From assembly GCA_973851085.1 (NCBI GenBank), contig OZ316775.1:11966001-12030000 (forward strand): a stretch of DNA of 64,000 nt, in the 5' to 3' direction. The position numbers and the translations under genes were made by a program. Under the pieces are notes generated by a model, which worked only from the letters and a program-made list of their open reading frames with translations, did not search any database and was not told the DNA's origin. Shown here piece after piece: positions 1 through 11,899 of the stretch (positions are counted from its first letter, which is position 1; every line of letters starts with the position of its first letter). This DNA comes from Ptychomitrium polyphyllum (taxonomy: Eukaryota).

Positions 1-407
1 GTATTTTTGTAAATGAATTAGAACATTTTTGTATCAGAAAAGCACTATTATTTGAAACCTATTAATGGTCATTGAAATTGGAGATATGAGGAATTTTGAC
101 AATCATTCTTTGACTTATCTTCCATGATAATTGCACTCTCTTGAAGTACATGGATAAATTACATAACCCTGTATTTAAAAATCTTCATTATATTGATGCA
201 TGCATTTTGATGTTTACATAGACATGACATTTGCATCTTATACCACAATATGCTAAAGCCCAAACATATATCTTGAATATCATAAGTGACCAATAATCTA
301 AACAAGTTGCCATAGAACAATATTAGCATTCCAAAATGTTGGACAATGAATGACACAATCCGCAATGTGCAGACTTTGAGTTTCAAAGCTTTGTTTGTTG
401 AATCCTC

Positions 408-496
408 AAGCCGCAGTTGCTAATTCCCCAAGGCAAAGCCACTAAGTTCCTAAGCCGCAATTGCTGAGTTTTTAAGCCGCAGTTGCCAAGTTTTTA
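408..496 (+). repeat. Three copies of AAGCCGCA(G/A)TTGC; probable subterminal repeats of the hAT element
   Basis: Copies at 408, 452 and 474, upstream of the hAT transposase relic; the CCGCAGT core recurs in the 4545-4705 array. Confidence 0.6.
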
Positions 497-1159
497 AATA
501 TGGTTGTATTTCCAATAGTAGATGACTTGCACAATGTCGCGGTTGAAGAAACACATCCACCAAATTTGCAATCTGCGGTCTGGTATTGGTAGTAACGCAG
601 CAATGGTTGCAAACCCACAATCGCCAAGTTCTAAAAGTTGCAGCCAACAAGGTCAAAACGTCCAATTGGGTGTAAAAGTTACTAGCAACAATGAATTGCT
701 CTAACACGAAGTAATCCTTAGTGCGCACCTATTGTTCGTCTGTAGCCCTTATGTACAGTCCGTGCCTCAAATCTAGTCACTCAATAACTTATTTGAACTA
801 GGAATATTTAAGAGAAAGCCCAAAACGTCTAAAGTCATTTTGAGTCCATTTTTGAATTTATAAATATGAATTAGAATTGAATCCTTGTACAAGATCAAAG
901 AATTGGACATGGCTTGCATCCTATAATTATAGGACATTGTGAAATTATTGCAATTCCTTACTTGTAGCTTGAAATGCCCTCTATTTTATATTTACTAAAT
1001 TATAAGATTAAAACTCTTGGATACTAAATTTCATAGATCTTTGCAGTACATTAGTGAAAACCTTGCTATGTTGTTGACCACTGCGACCGCATGTTCGATA
1101 CCGTGGTTTAGTAGGCTACCACATGACAACATTTAGAATGCATATTTTATAGGAAGAAA

Positions 1160-3060
1160 ATGAATTGGATGAAGGAAAGGGCATTTGCACACTATGGGTG
1201 GAAGAAAACCACAAGAAGCATATGTGAGAAATTATCGACTGCGATGCGCATGAAATTCCAAAATTGCACAAAAATCATTCCAAGTCCTATAACAGAACAT
1301 GAAATGTATGGTGATGGAAATAGGTGTTGCAAGAATGAAGGATCCTCTCAAGGTAGCCTTAGAAGTCAAAATATTCCAAAAAAAGTGGCTTCTTTGCCTG
1401 AGGAGCATATCTTTCCTATAATTGATGGTTCATTTGCATCAAATAAGCTATTATTGCAATCTTCTCCGAGTGCTTCGCACAGCTTACAACAAAAAAATAT
1501 GAACAAAGCATGGGCACTCTTAAAGAATAAGGAATTGGATCATCTATGGTTTTTATTATTTTATGAAGCAAATGTCACATTCAATGTAGCACGTCATCCT
1601 TCATTTGTTAAAGCATTGTAAAAGACCGCATAGGCAATAATGAACTATCAGTCTCTGTTCTATCATGCCATGAGAATAAATTTGATAGCCTCAGCAAGAA
1701 GAAGTAATGAAGAAAAAATTCAAGCGGCCACTAACCACTCCATAAAATATATGGAGCTACTACATGTTTTGACGGATGGGACAATGTGACAAGGAATCTT
1801 CTCATAAATGTCATGATGGTATGCCCGATCAAAGACGTATTCCTTGGTTCCATTGACACTATAGGAAATAAAAAGACAAAGCAATATATTGTGGATTCTA
1901 TGGCCCAGCACGTCAACAATGTTGGCTTAGAAAATATGTTTTGAATTTGTACAGACAATGCATCGGCTATTTTGGAGGTTTTGAAGCTCTTGAGTGATAG
2001 ATTTTATAATACATATGTGCAAGGATGTTGTGTGCACATATTGAACCTCTTTTTAGAAGATTGGAGAAAAGAATCTTGGATGAAGGAGCTTGTGGCTAGA
2101 AGACGGCACATGAATAAATACACGCAAGGACATTATGCGTCCATGGCCTTGTTCCGCCAATTTTTGCCCAATTTACAATTCAAAATTCCAACAAAGGTAA
2201 GATTTGTATGCAAAGTTTTGATGGTGGATTGCTTGGTAGAAGTGCAACATGCATTAGAACAATGTGTCATTGATGCGGAATAGGCAACGTATGTAGCGAC
2301 CCTATTTAACAGGAAAAATGAACATTGTACGCACGTACTAGCCTCATCTATGCCGCATGACATTAAAAATGACCAATTTTGGAAGCAATGTGACTATTTC
2401 ATCTACATGGTGAAACTTGTTTTGCTAGCTTTAAGGATTTTTGATGGAAAAGAACCAACTATGGAAAAAGTGTGGATTGTTCCGAGTGAAGTAAAAAAGC
2501 ACGTCTTTGCCTTGTGAGAAGATCCTTTTCTACTGCCGCCAGCCATGGCAATTTGGCTAGAAGAGTAGTGCACAAAAAAGTGAAAAATGATGCTAATAAA
2601 TTTACATTACTTTGATGCATTGCTAAACCCGTTCTTTTTGGAAGTGGCAAAGATCCAAAACAATGAGAAAGCAACGAGGGCCTTGAACAGAGTATTGAGA
2701 AAACTCTGCGGGCTATTTGGAATGAACCATGTTGAGGCCATGTTAGACCTTACAACTTTTAAAGAATCTAGTGGGCCCTTCAGTCCAGTGGAAGCTCCAA
2801 GTGCATATGAGTTGAATGTACTACCTCATCAGTGGTGGAATTGTATTAGAGCAAACGCGCTTCTGATCATTACAAAGTACATCTTATTGTTAATTTGCTT
2901 AACTTTGTCGTGCAAGAAGAATTGGAACATGTATTTCTTTGTCTACAATAAAATAGAGAATTGATTGGATATAGCAAAGGCTAAGGCTTTGGTGTACATT
3001 TATATAATAGCAAATTATTAAGAAAGAGACAAGGTGCAAATCCAAGTACAGAGTATACTA
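1160..3060 (+). mobile_element. Degenerate hAT-superfamily transposase (DUF659 plus C-terminal dimerisation domain), pseudogenised
   Basis: Fragmented frames give LWFLLFYEANVTFNVARHPSFVKAL, DGWD-NVTRNLLINVMMVCP..VFLGSIDT, ICTDNAS, GCCVHILNLFLEDW and PHQWWN...SCKKNWNMYFFVYNK. These match, in order, plant hAT DUF659 and dimerisation motifs. Multiple stops and frameshifts. Confidence 0.85.
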
Positions 3061-4544
3061 GAAATGTAGTTTTGGAGGATTCCAATCTAGAGGATGAAAC
3101 AATCAATGAAGGAAGTGATGGAGGAAGTAGTGACAATGGGCATGATGAAAGGACAAAGATAATCCTCCACAACCAAATCCATGTGGCTAAAATATAGATT
3201 TCAACAATCAAGATGACTACAAACCTAGCACGAGCAATGATGTCTTTATATTTATTGACAATGATAACAAACTTTTTGATGGAGGTGGCGTAGGTGGCGG
3301 AGATTTAGAACTAATTTTGAAGAAAATGATCTGAAATGGCAAAAAGTGACTACAATGACAGCAGGGAACATTTGACAACTTTGGCTACAATATTCAACCA
3401 AATCATAGTTCAGTTGTAGAAGATGATAGTCTACCTATACTTGAGATAGAATATGGAGGAAAAACTATTAGCATCTCCTTGATTGTGGAATCTGCAATTA
3501 AAGACATCATCCACTCCACACCACCATGTGCAAAAGGGAAAAGAAATGCAACAACAATGCTTGATGCAGACTCAGATGAAGAAGTACCTCTGACATCTTT
3601 GTTTGCAAGGTTAGCTACAAACACAATGTCTTTAGTAGGTGCCACATTGTTAGAACTATTAAGGAATTTGGGCACAAATAATGGAAGTATTGTACTTCCA
3701 AAGACAAAAGGAATTGTTAATCTTATTCCAACCAAAAGTGGTATAGGATCTTCTTAAAGGATAAAGCACATCACAAAAAAAAAAAACATGCACAAAAATC
3801 CCAAGCTGTATTTTTGCAGTTTATGTTGGAAAGGCCTACTGTGACAAAGGCCTTCATTGGACAACATCTTTCAATCCAAAATGCAAGGACCATGGTACCA
3901 GGGTCTTTAATTGGAAATAGTATTCAACCAAAAAGGTACGATGGTATCATGGATGATTCAAGGACAAGATTAACCATGAGAATTGTCAATACTTATGATG
4001 GAAACCAATTTTATACACAAGTTCAAAATCTCACCTCAAAGGTAGAAAGAGACGTGCTATATAGTTTCAATAGAGGTTATAATGATAGTAGAGGAGATAA
4101 TGATATGAAGACATATGAATCAATGGAAAGATCCAAAGGTTGATGAGGCATCTAATGATGATAATTTTTTGCTTCACACAAGTGTTGGTGAGTCATTGAA
4201 GGTAAAGCATTTGCATAGGAAATAAATAACTTACTAACTTCAAGTGGTTTCTTCAAGCATGGATGTGCCCTCTTTTTTATGTGATTTTGAAGTTTTAATA
4301 CATACCAAAAAAAAAAAAATTATAAATATATATATGTACTTTGGTACCTTTAAATATAGTAGTGATGAAGAAACTTTGATTTCCAATAGGAGGCCTTTCG
4401 CTTATTTTTAAGAAAAGGCTGCAAAATGCTCCAATTTTACATTTGAAGAGTACCTGGTTTGTGCTAAAATATGAAATGATTGTATATGCTTTGCCTACTT
4501 TGGTCACAAAATGTTTCCATCACAATCAAAATTGCTTCACCTAC

Positions 4545-4705
4545 AATAACAGTCACCATTCCGTTACCCGCAGTCACCATTCTATTACCTGCAATTGCCA
4601 TCCCATTACCAGCAGTCGCAATTCTATTATCCGCAATCGTCATCTTATTACCTATAGTTGTAATTCAATTACCCACAGTCACAGTCTAGTTACCTAAAGT
4701 CGCCT
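4545..4705 (+). repeat. Degenerate ~21-bp tandem array (~7 copies, consensus ~TTACCCGCAGTCACCATTCTA)
   Basis: Visible periodic units ttacccgcagtcaccattcta / ttacctgcaattgccatccca / ttaccagcagtcgcaattcta / ttatccgcaatcgtcatctta; lies 3' of the hAT relic. Confidence 0.8.
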
Positions 4706-5014
4706 TGACAAATTTCATAGTTGCTAAATCCACAATCAAGAAGTCTACGTGGATTTTTTGTTTAAAACAAGTTTTTTTCCTGCCCACGTTATCATTAATA
4801 TTTTTGAATTATACTCTAAAATCCACCTTAGATTTATGCAATGTCTACATAGACGTATTTCAGTTTGGCCAAATAAAAGTAAAAACTACAAACTGACTGC
4901 AGTATTAAAAAAGAAACAAGCTCGTCATATCCTTTCTCACATCTGTTACGTTACAACTGTCACGTAACGAGTCGTCTGATTTTTTTGCCAACTCATCATA
5001 TTTAACAACCTTAG

Positions 5015-6177
5015 TGTCACAACCTTTGTAATGCACCTTAACAAACGTCATGTGCGCCAATCCTATACATTCCACCAATGGACATGGTTAACCTCCATTT
5101 TTCATTTTTCAAGCCCTAGGCTTGGTTTTCAATTCTTCCTACTCATTTCTCTTAGGACATCCAATTGATTGGTAGTCAATGGTACGCACTTCCATTCATA
5201 TCCAAGACCTCACTTGGTGTTATTTCCATTCTACATGGCCTAACCGCACTTAATGGTATCTCCTCACCACCACTCATAATCCCCATATGATCCCAAGATC
5301 ATTCCGGGCCACCATAGTACCGGCATAAAAACACCACTCCAACATAGTGACAACTTACACACACTTTAAAATTCACTAGTACCTTTAATGAAACTGGCCA
5401 TTTATCAGCTCACAATGGTATGGGAGTCCCCTTGGTGAAGCCCCAACACTAGCTCGTCCCACCGAGACTCACATCTAGTTCCTACCGAGACACTATGGGA
5501 GTGGAGAAGGAAACCAACCCTCCCTATAGTACTCTCTATGGAATTTGGTAGGCTCTCCGGCCCTCTATAGCTAGCCAAACCCCTATACACCTAAAACTTT
5601 TGAAGACCACCTAATCCCTCTTGGAACTTAGCCGTTGGAAGCCCCTTGAACTTCCCAAGGACCTTCAAGGACCCATATTTTCCATGTCCGGTCTTTGAAT
5701 CTATCAAGCAACCACTTTATCGTCATTTGTTCTTTGCGTAGATGCTAATAGACTCTTCAAACGTCCAATTTGAGTTAATATTTTGTAAGATATGTCTCTC
5801 CTAAGGTTCAAGACTCCAAAGGAGTCCCTCTCTGCACTTTCCCGGTCCAACATAGTCACAGTCCATAACTGCCACAGTTTCATACAGCCCCTAAAAAGCT
5901 CCAACTTTGGAATTCTGTATCTTTTAGCTCCCTTGTCTGATTTGAGCAATCTTTAGTATTCTAGAATCAACTTGTTGTGGGGCATCCAATTACTATAACT
6001 ACTCTCTTATGGCTCTTAGTCTTTGTGGGCAAGGATGTTCTTCCTTCTTGGGATCCTTTCGTACATTACGCCCATTTGGATCACCTCACTATTGGCGCCA
6101 CAAGTCTTAGACGTCACTCTAAGATCTTCTTTGTGCTTTTAGCATTGCAAGCACTCTTCAAAGAGAGGTGCACAACA
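5015..6177. mobile_element. Probable solo LTR (~1.16 kb)
   Basis: Bounded by TGTCACA... (5015) and ...CACAACA (6177), i.e. TG...CA termini; flanks CTTAG and TCTAG could be a decayed 5-bp TSD; higher GC than the flanks and no credible ORF. Confidence 0.45.
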
Positions 6178-6559
6178 TCTAGTATTATTAGGTGGATTGA
6201 TTAAGTTTTTGGCAAGATTTAATAGACGTTCATTTAAGTCTTTTTTTAATTTGGATGGTTTTTTTGCAGTGTGGAAGTAAATATAAGTTTGGTCATCCGT
6301 TTTATTTAATCGCTAATGTTTTTTGAATGCAATAAAGAAGTTATTTAGATTCTCATAAGGAAATTAGATGTGATGGAATGTATATCAAGTAGATTCTTTA
6401 TTAATAAAGATATTGTCAAATAGTTTCAACTAGACAAGGAGATTAGTTTCACCATTTAAAGTAAGTGTTGAAAAGAACTTTCTACAATAATGTTTACAGC
6501 TTTTTTTGTTCTAGTAATCAAGATATAAAAAAAAAAATTCAATAGAAGGATGAACAAGA

Positions 6560-7950
6560 GGGAGTATAGTGGATGAAGGTGGAACTAGTAGTAGAACTAC
6601 CAGATGGTGTTGCAATCTATTGGTACTTGATGGAATAGGTAGGAAAGTGGGAAGAGGGCAACATGGAGGATGTTGCAAAAAAACCGGTTTAGTATTTGGT
6701 AGACTCCAAGAATAAAATAAATCAAAGTCATGGTTTGAGGATGGTGGATTAGCGGTAGTAGAGAAGGAATTGGTAGCAACCTTCTCAATGTTGTATTTGG
6801 AAAGAATATATAGTTGGATTAGCCATAAATTCTTGCCAAAGGGATGATACTTATGGTATTGGTTGTATGACCCGAGAAGATGGCATTTGTATTAAGATAA
6901 AACGGTCTTTTATATGTGTCCATTAATTGAGTGGAATTTTGAATGAGGCATTAAGCTGCCAGAAGCGTTCCTAAAAAAATGAGAGGTCATTCCAAAGGTC
7001 ACATAGAGCGTATATGGAATACTCACTAACAAATGGATTCAATAGTTGCCTAAAGTAAGGGCATTGAAGATAATGGGAATGAAAAATATTTTTGGCACTT
7101 CTAGAATATTGGATTATTTTTAGTGGATCCATTGGAAAATGTCAAGGAAAAGAGGAATTGATAAGTGTAGGAAACGGAAGATTTAGAAAATAAAAAGTAG
7201 GTGCTATGTGTAGATTGGTATATTGCGTAGAAGTAAGTTTTAAAAAAAGTGGAAGTCCTTGTGTATGGGTGAGAGGGCAATTCATAGAGTTGGAAGAGTT
7301 TACTCCAAGAAATGAGGCAAGATTGTGTGGAAAGTTGGGTTTGAGGTAGGCGGTATTGGTGCTCACAAAGATTAAAGCTTTTATTGTTGTACAAAAACAG
7401 AACTATTGTAAGAATGGTGCAAAGCAGAAAAACCTATTTGAAACATTGTATAGTCTTCAAATGCTCAGGTCAATAACTACCGAGTAATCAAAGACTTGGT
7501 AGTTCCTTACTAAAAAATCATTATCAAAAAAATAACAATCTATACAAATTTATGATTGATACTACCAAATGGGAGAAATATGGTAGTTTTAAGAATCAAC
7601 TACAAAAATACTATAGAACTTGTTAGAATGGAAGAACATACACAAAAAACATTTATTCTAAAATAAAGTTGATGAAAGATCTATGTATGGAGTGTATAAC
7701 TTGTTTCATAGAAGAAGCAAAAATACAACAGACTCTCAACTTTCGTGGTTGAGAGTTTAAATACTATATTCAAGATTTTATAATAGTAGATCTACATTTG
7801 TTTGTCTAAATTAACAAACTACTACTATCATCCGATAGTTATTGTTGGAGGATGTCCATTGGTATTGATAGGAGAAGATTGGTAGAGGAAGTCCAGTAAT
7901 AACGGGTATAACACTTGGTAGGCCAATTAATTGATTTTAAACAAATGGTG
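6560..7950 (+). mobile_element. Possible highly decayed retrotransposon gag-region sequence
   Basis: Purine-rich, stop-riddled sequence with faint gag-like text (KVRALKIMGMKNIFG); lies between the LTR-like piece and a gypsy pol relic. Weak evidence. Confidence 0.3.
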
Positions 7951-10100
7951 GATTAACCACCAAGTATGTGGCCTACTCTTTTAAAATCCTCAGCTCTAAA
8001 CCAAAGACCAAAGACTAAAGGTAGCCCAAATCTATGACATGCAAGGACACCATCAAAGATAATAAGGTATTAAAACTTGATCCAAGTTCATCACAAATTT
8101 CACATTTAAGGACATAAGTACAACTTATTGGCATATGGATAATATAAAATGTACCTTGCACATTTAAAAATTACCAAGCTCTTTATATAATTGCTACACC
8201 AAAGAAGCTTTTTGATTTGATCTAAAAACTAAGGGCCTTATTCCATTTGGGCACATATATTAAAGTAAATTAGCCCTCTTATAGAACTTTTTTATTTGAT
8301 GATTATTTCTATCTCGTTCCATTGTAGAGATAGCTAAACAAAATGTTCTTTGTTGAATTTTGAACAAGATTGCAAAAATCATCCATATATTGTCAATATC
8401 TTGGGCTCAATCTAATTTTTTATGTGAGCCTTCAAAAAATACTTTAGATATAAAGCCTAACATAAAATTAAGGCATGCTACTTACATGCCATCTAAATTT
8501 GCTTATCTATTGTAATCTTCATACCATATAGTTTTAATCAAGTCTTTGTATAAAGGACTTGGTTTGCAAAAAAGCCAATCCACATCCAAATTGATAATGT
8601 CCTCCAATGCACAACTTCAAAATCATACTTGTAGAGCAGCAATAGTGAGCTTGTCCAATTTTATAAACCACTTCAAGGATTGATGATTGATCACCAATAG
8701 ACATTGTTGTCCATACAAATAGGGTCAAAAGTGAGCAATGGTCCATACTAACAGATAAGATTCACCTTCATAATATGAATAATTGGACTCCGTATTGTTG
8801 TTGCTTTTAGAAGCAAATGCAATGACATATATTTATTACTTGTCATCTTTCTCTGTCAAAACCAAGGTAAGACCTAATCCACTCAAATTAGAATACAAGT
8901 AGAAGGATTTGGTAACATCCAATCATTGAGGCATTAATGGCAAGGCAAGCCTTTGCCTTAATGTGTTGAAATTATGATATTGTTGCTTATAGCCTTGAGT
9001 CCATGGCTAGTCATTGTCCATAAAAATAGTCAAAATTTTGGTATCAAAGTTGAAATTCTTGACAAACTAAAGTAAGAATGTTGCCAATCCAAAACAAGCA
9101 CAAAGCTGCAATACATTGCTACTTGTTGGAATATTTTACAAGCATTCACTTCTACTAGTAGCATAATAAAACGTCTTAAAATAAATGATATGGGCTATAT
9201 ATGATAAGAAATTGTGAATAAATTTGGACTTGCTAGAACATAAGCACAATTCCTACTTTTGTGATTATTCAAGCATTGTATGCAAAGGCCTCAAATATTC
9301 TTGTCAGCTTTAGTAAAGCTAACAATATCATCACTTTGGTATCCAAATAATAGCCCCTATAATTTAGTCCATAACCCTCTAAAATTTAAGTTGCTGATTT
9401 TTGAAGCCAAATGGACAAAGCCTTCAAAAATAATCTAAATCCTTATCATCTCGATCAAGTTCCAAAATGCTAACTTCACTTAATGTCCAAAAAGTGTTAG
9501 AAGCTTGTAATAATTGGATTATAAGTTCAAAATACTAAAATCTTGAAGAAATTTCATTGCATCAAATAACTCCTCTAGCATGGGAATTAAATATGGGCCT
9601 GACTTGGTGTTATATTTTATTTAATAATAATGTCTACACATCCATATTCATATCCAATTGATAAATACCTTATTCTTAGAAGGCATGATTGTAGCACTAG
9701 CAACTTGTCAATGGAAGGTTCAAGTAAACTTGCAACTAATAATTTCCAATGACAAGTTTGAATGTTTAAAATTCATTGAAGGTTTAAAAGCATCTTGCAC
9801 ATATACTTATCATTACCACTACATTAATAAGCCATGGATCATTACTTTGCAGCTACAAAAAATTCAAACAAGTTTTATCTACTTAGAAAAGATTAAAAAG
9901 TCATGTAAGCCATTAATCCAACTCCATCTTTGCATTATATCCACAAAATCCAAATTATATACAATTAAAGATGAAATAATGTGGTAAGCTAATAAAGATA
10001 TGTTCACTTTTATATATGTATTAGCACTTTTGCACAAGTTTGTATTTACTTAACTGAAAATGCATTATCATCAAATAAAAACATATATAGGAATTTAGAT
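7950..10100 (-). mobile_element. Decayed Ty3/gypsy pol (RT-RNase H-integrase)
   Basis: Minus-strand remnants: PFGFKN (RT, ~9400), RNase H text AFASKSNNNTESNYSYYEGE...VWTIAHF*PYLYG..NHQSLKW (~8670-8830), YDFEVVH (~8610). RT-RH order with further pol-like sequence downstream. Confidence 0.8.
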
Positions 10101-11329
10101 TCTTTTGGTTGTTTTTATTGGTGGCACTTATGTTCTATTCCTTTTTAATATTTTCTTTATAATAAATCAAAGGGCTTTAATGTTGGTGGTTTAAACGAGT
10201 TAGCATTTGAGTTGTATATAAGATTTAAATAGATTGGAATTTTGTCTTTTAATTGTAATCAAGGTTTGAATTTTAAAGGCATTTCTTCATATTGGTATAG
10301 ATATAATGTAATTAGGATTGGATGTAGTCCTAGTATTCATACTAACTAGACTAATTGTGACAGGGAAGTGAAAGTTTAATGTAGTTGTGAATACAAAACT
10401 TTTGTGTTCAAATACAAAAATTGAAAATCAATTATATTTATTGAAGTTGAAATTAGGTTTTGGATTTTTGAAGAAGATTCATTAGTTTTCTACATTTTTC
10501 AAACTTATTAAAGCCTAGTGCTTTTGTCAATATGTTGCTTGCCTATTGATTTGTTGGAATATGCAATATTTTAATTTTTTTATAATTACCAAATCTTTAA
10601 CAAAGCTCCTAACAAAGGTAATATAGCAAACCTACCCTTTCATTTTGTGCCTATATTATACAAATATAACTTTAAAATTGCAAGAATTGGCTCGTGCTCA
10701 TTTGTAAGCGTGAATTTAGGGTTTTTTGTACTATATATGCAAAGAGGATGTATATAACCTAGTAGCATGTTATGTTGTGAATAGAAAAAGAAAATATGTA
10801 CATTCATTAATAAAAAGGAGGGGAAGTATTTGTTAATTGGTATGGATTGTTTGAGAAGGACCACAAATGGAGCTTCTTAGACATAAATGTGAGGTAATGG
10901 TATATTATTAAGCATGATAAATAGGTGGATTTGCACTATTTCAGAAAAGGAACCAATGTGGCGACGGTAGGAGGCTTAGTGTACTAAATCTTGGAAAGAA
11001 TAGATGGTGAGGATGGACTATGGATTTCTAACATTATTACAGAGAGATTGAAAAGCTTGCCATTGTACAATTTGTACAAGGTGTTTTGCAATGGACAATA
11101 ATGAAGATGCACCACCAATTAGTGCAAGGAACCTCCACATGGTCATCTACAAGTCAACAACCAATCAATAGCATCGATGCTCCAGCGTCCTTCTTGTGCC
11201 TGAAAGGCAGAGCTCATCTATGAATAATTTGCAGCATCTTCTTTAATGAATTCCTTCACGTTGAAATGATGTTTCAAAAGCAAACATCCCCATCAAAATG
11301 CTGGATATTGCATTACACCACATATCATT

Positions 11330-11370
11330 GATATGTTGGATATTGATGATATTTCAATATCCAACATATC
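11330..11370. repeat. Perfect 17-bp inverted repeat with 7-nt loop
   Basis: GATATGTTGGATATTGA-tgatatt-TCAATATCCAACATATC. Confidence 0.9.
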
Positions 11371-11899
11371 GTTCCTCCAAGACGCTCACCTAAATTAAGA
11401 CCAATCGAAAAGCATGGGAAAAACAAATTCGGGGAGAAATTTTATATTATGTATAGTAATTTATTTACATTTTGTTCAAGTTTTCCGTGTAAAAGGTCAA
11501 TGCAAGTAACGAAAGCTAGCTAGTATCATATTCCTGAACATTAGCTAAATTTAAGACATTTCTCTTTAATGAAGAAACAACCGCCTGTTTCTTGCACAAT
11601 ATGTTCAAGCATCCGCTAGGGCCTTGATAGTCAATATGCGTATTGTTAACTGTCCTATAAAATATGTGATATGTTAATGATAAAAATAGCATAGTTTTTT
11701 AAATGACGAGAGCTGCCATAGCAGGTTTTTTTAGGTGCCTCACACGGGTCCCCGCACGAGTCATTACACAGATCCTCATCTTTGGAATCCACATTAGGCC
11801 TTGCAAGTGTCTGATTTTCGCAAATGTGTCATATTCCTGTACAGGCTATGGGGAGTCTCGAAACTGTTTGCCCTAGGTACGCGGTCGAGGGAATAGTGG

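Noticed and set aside
4545..4705. Periodic arrays here and at 15724-15795 as CRISPR
   Set aside because: Head-to-tail tandem units without unique spacers, no cas genes, eukaryotic context.
368..4900. Candidate hAT TIRs (TGCAGACTTTGAGTTT at ~368 versus AAACTACAAACTGACTGCA at ~4883)
   Set aside because: The alignment needs gaps and no 8-bp TSD is visible, so it is not supportable as a feature.
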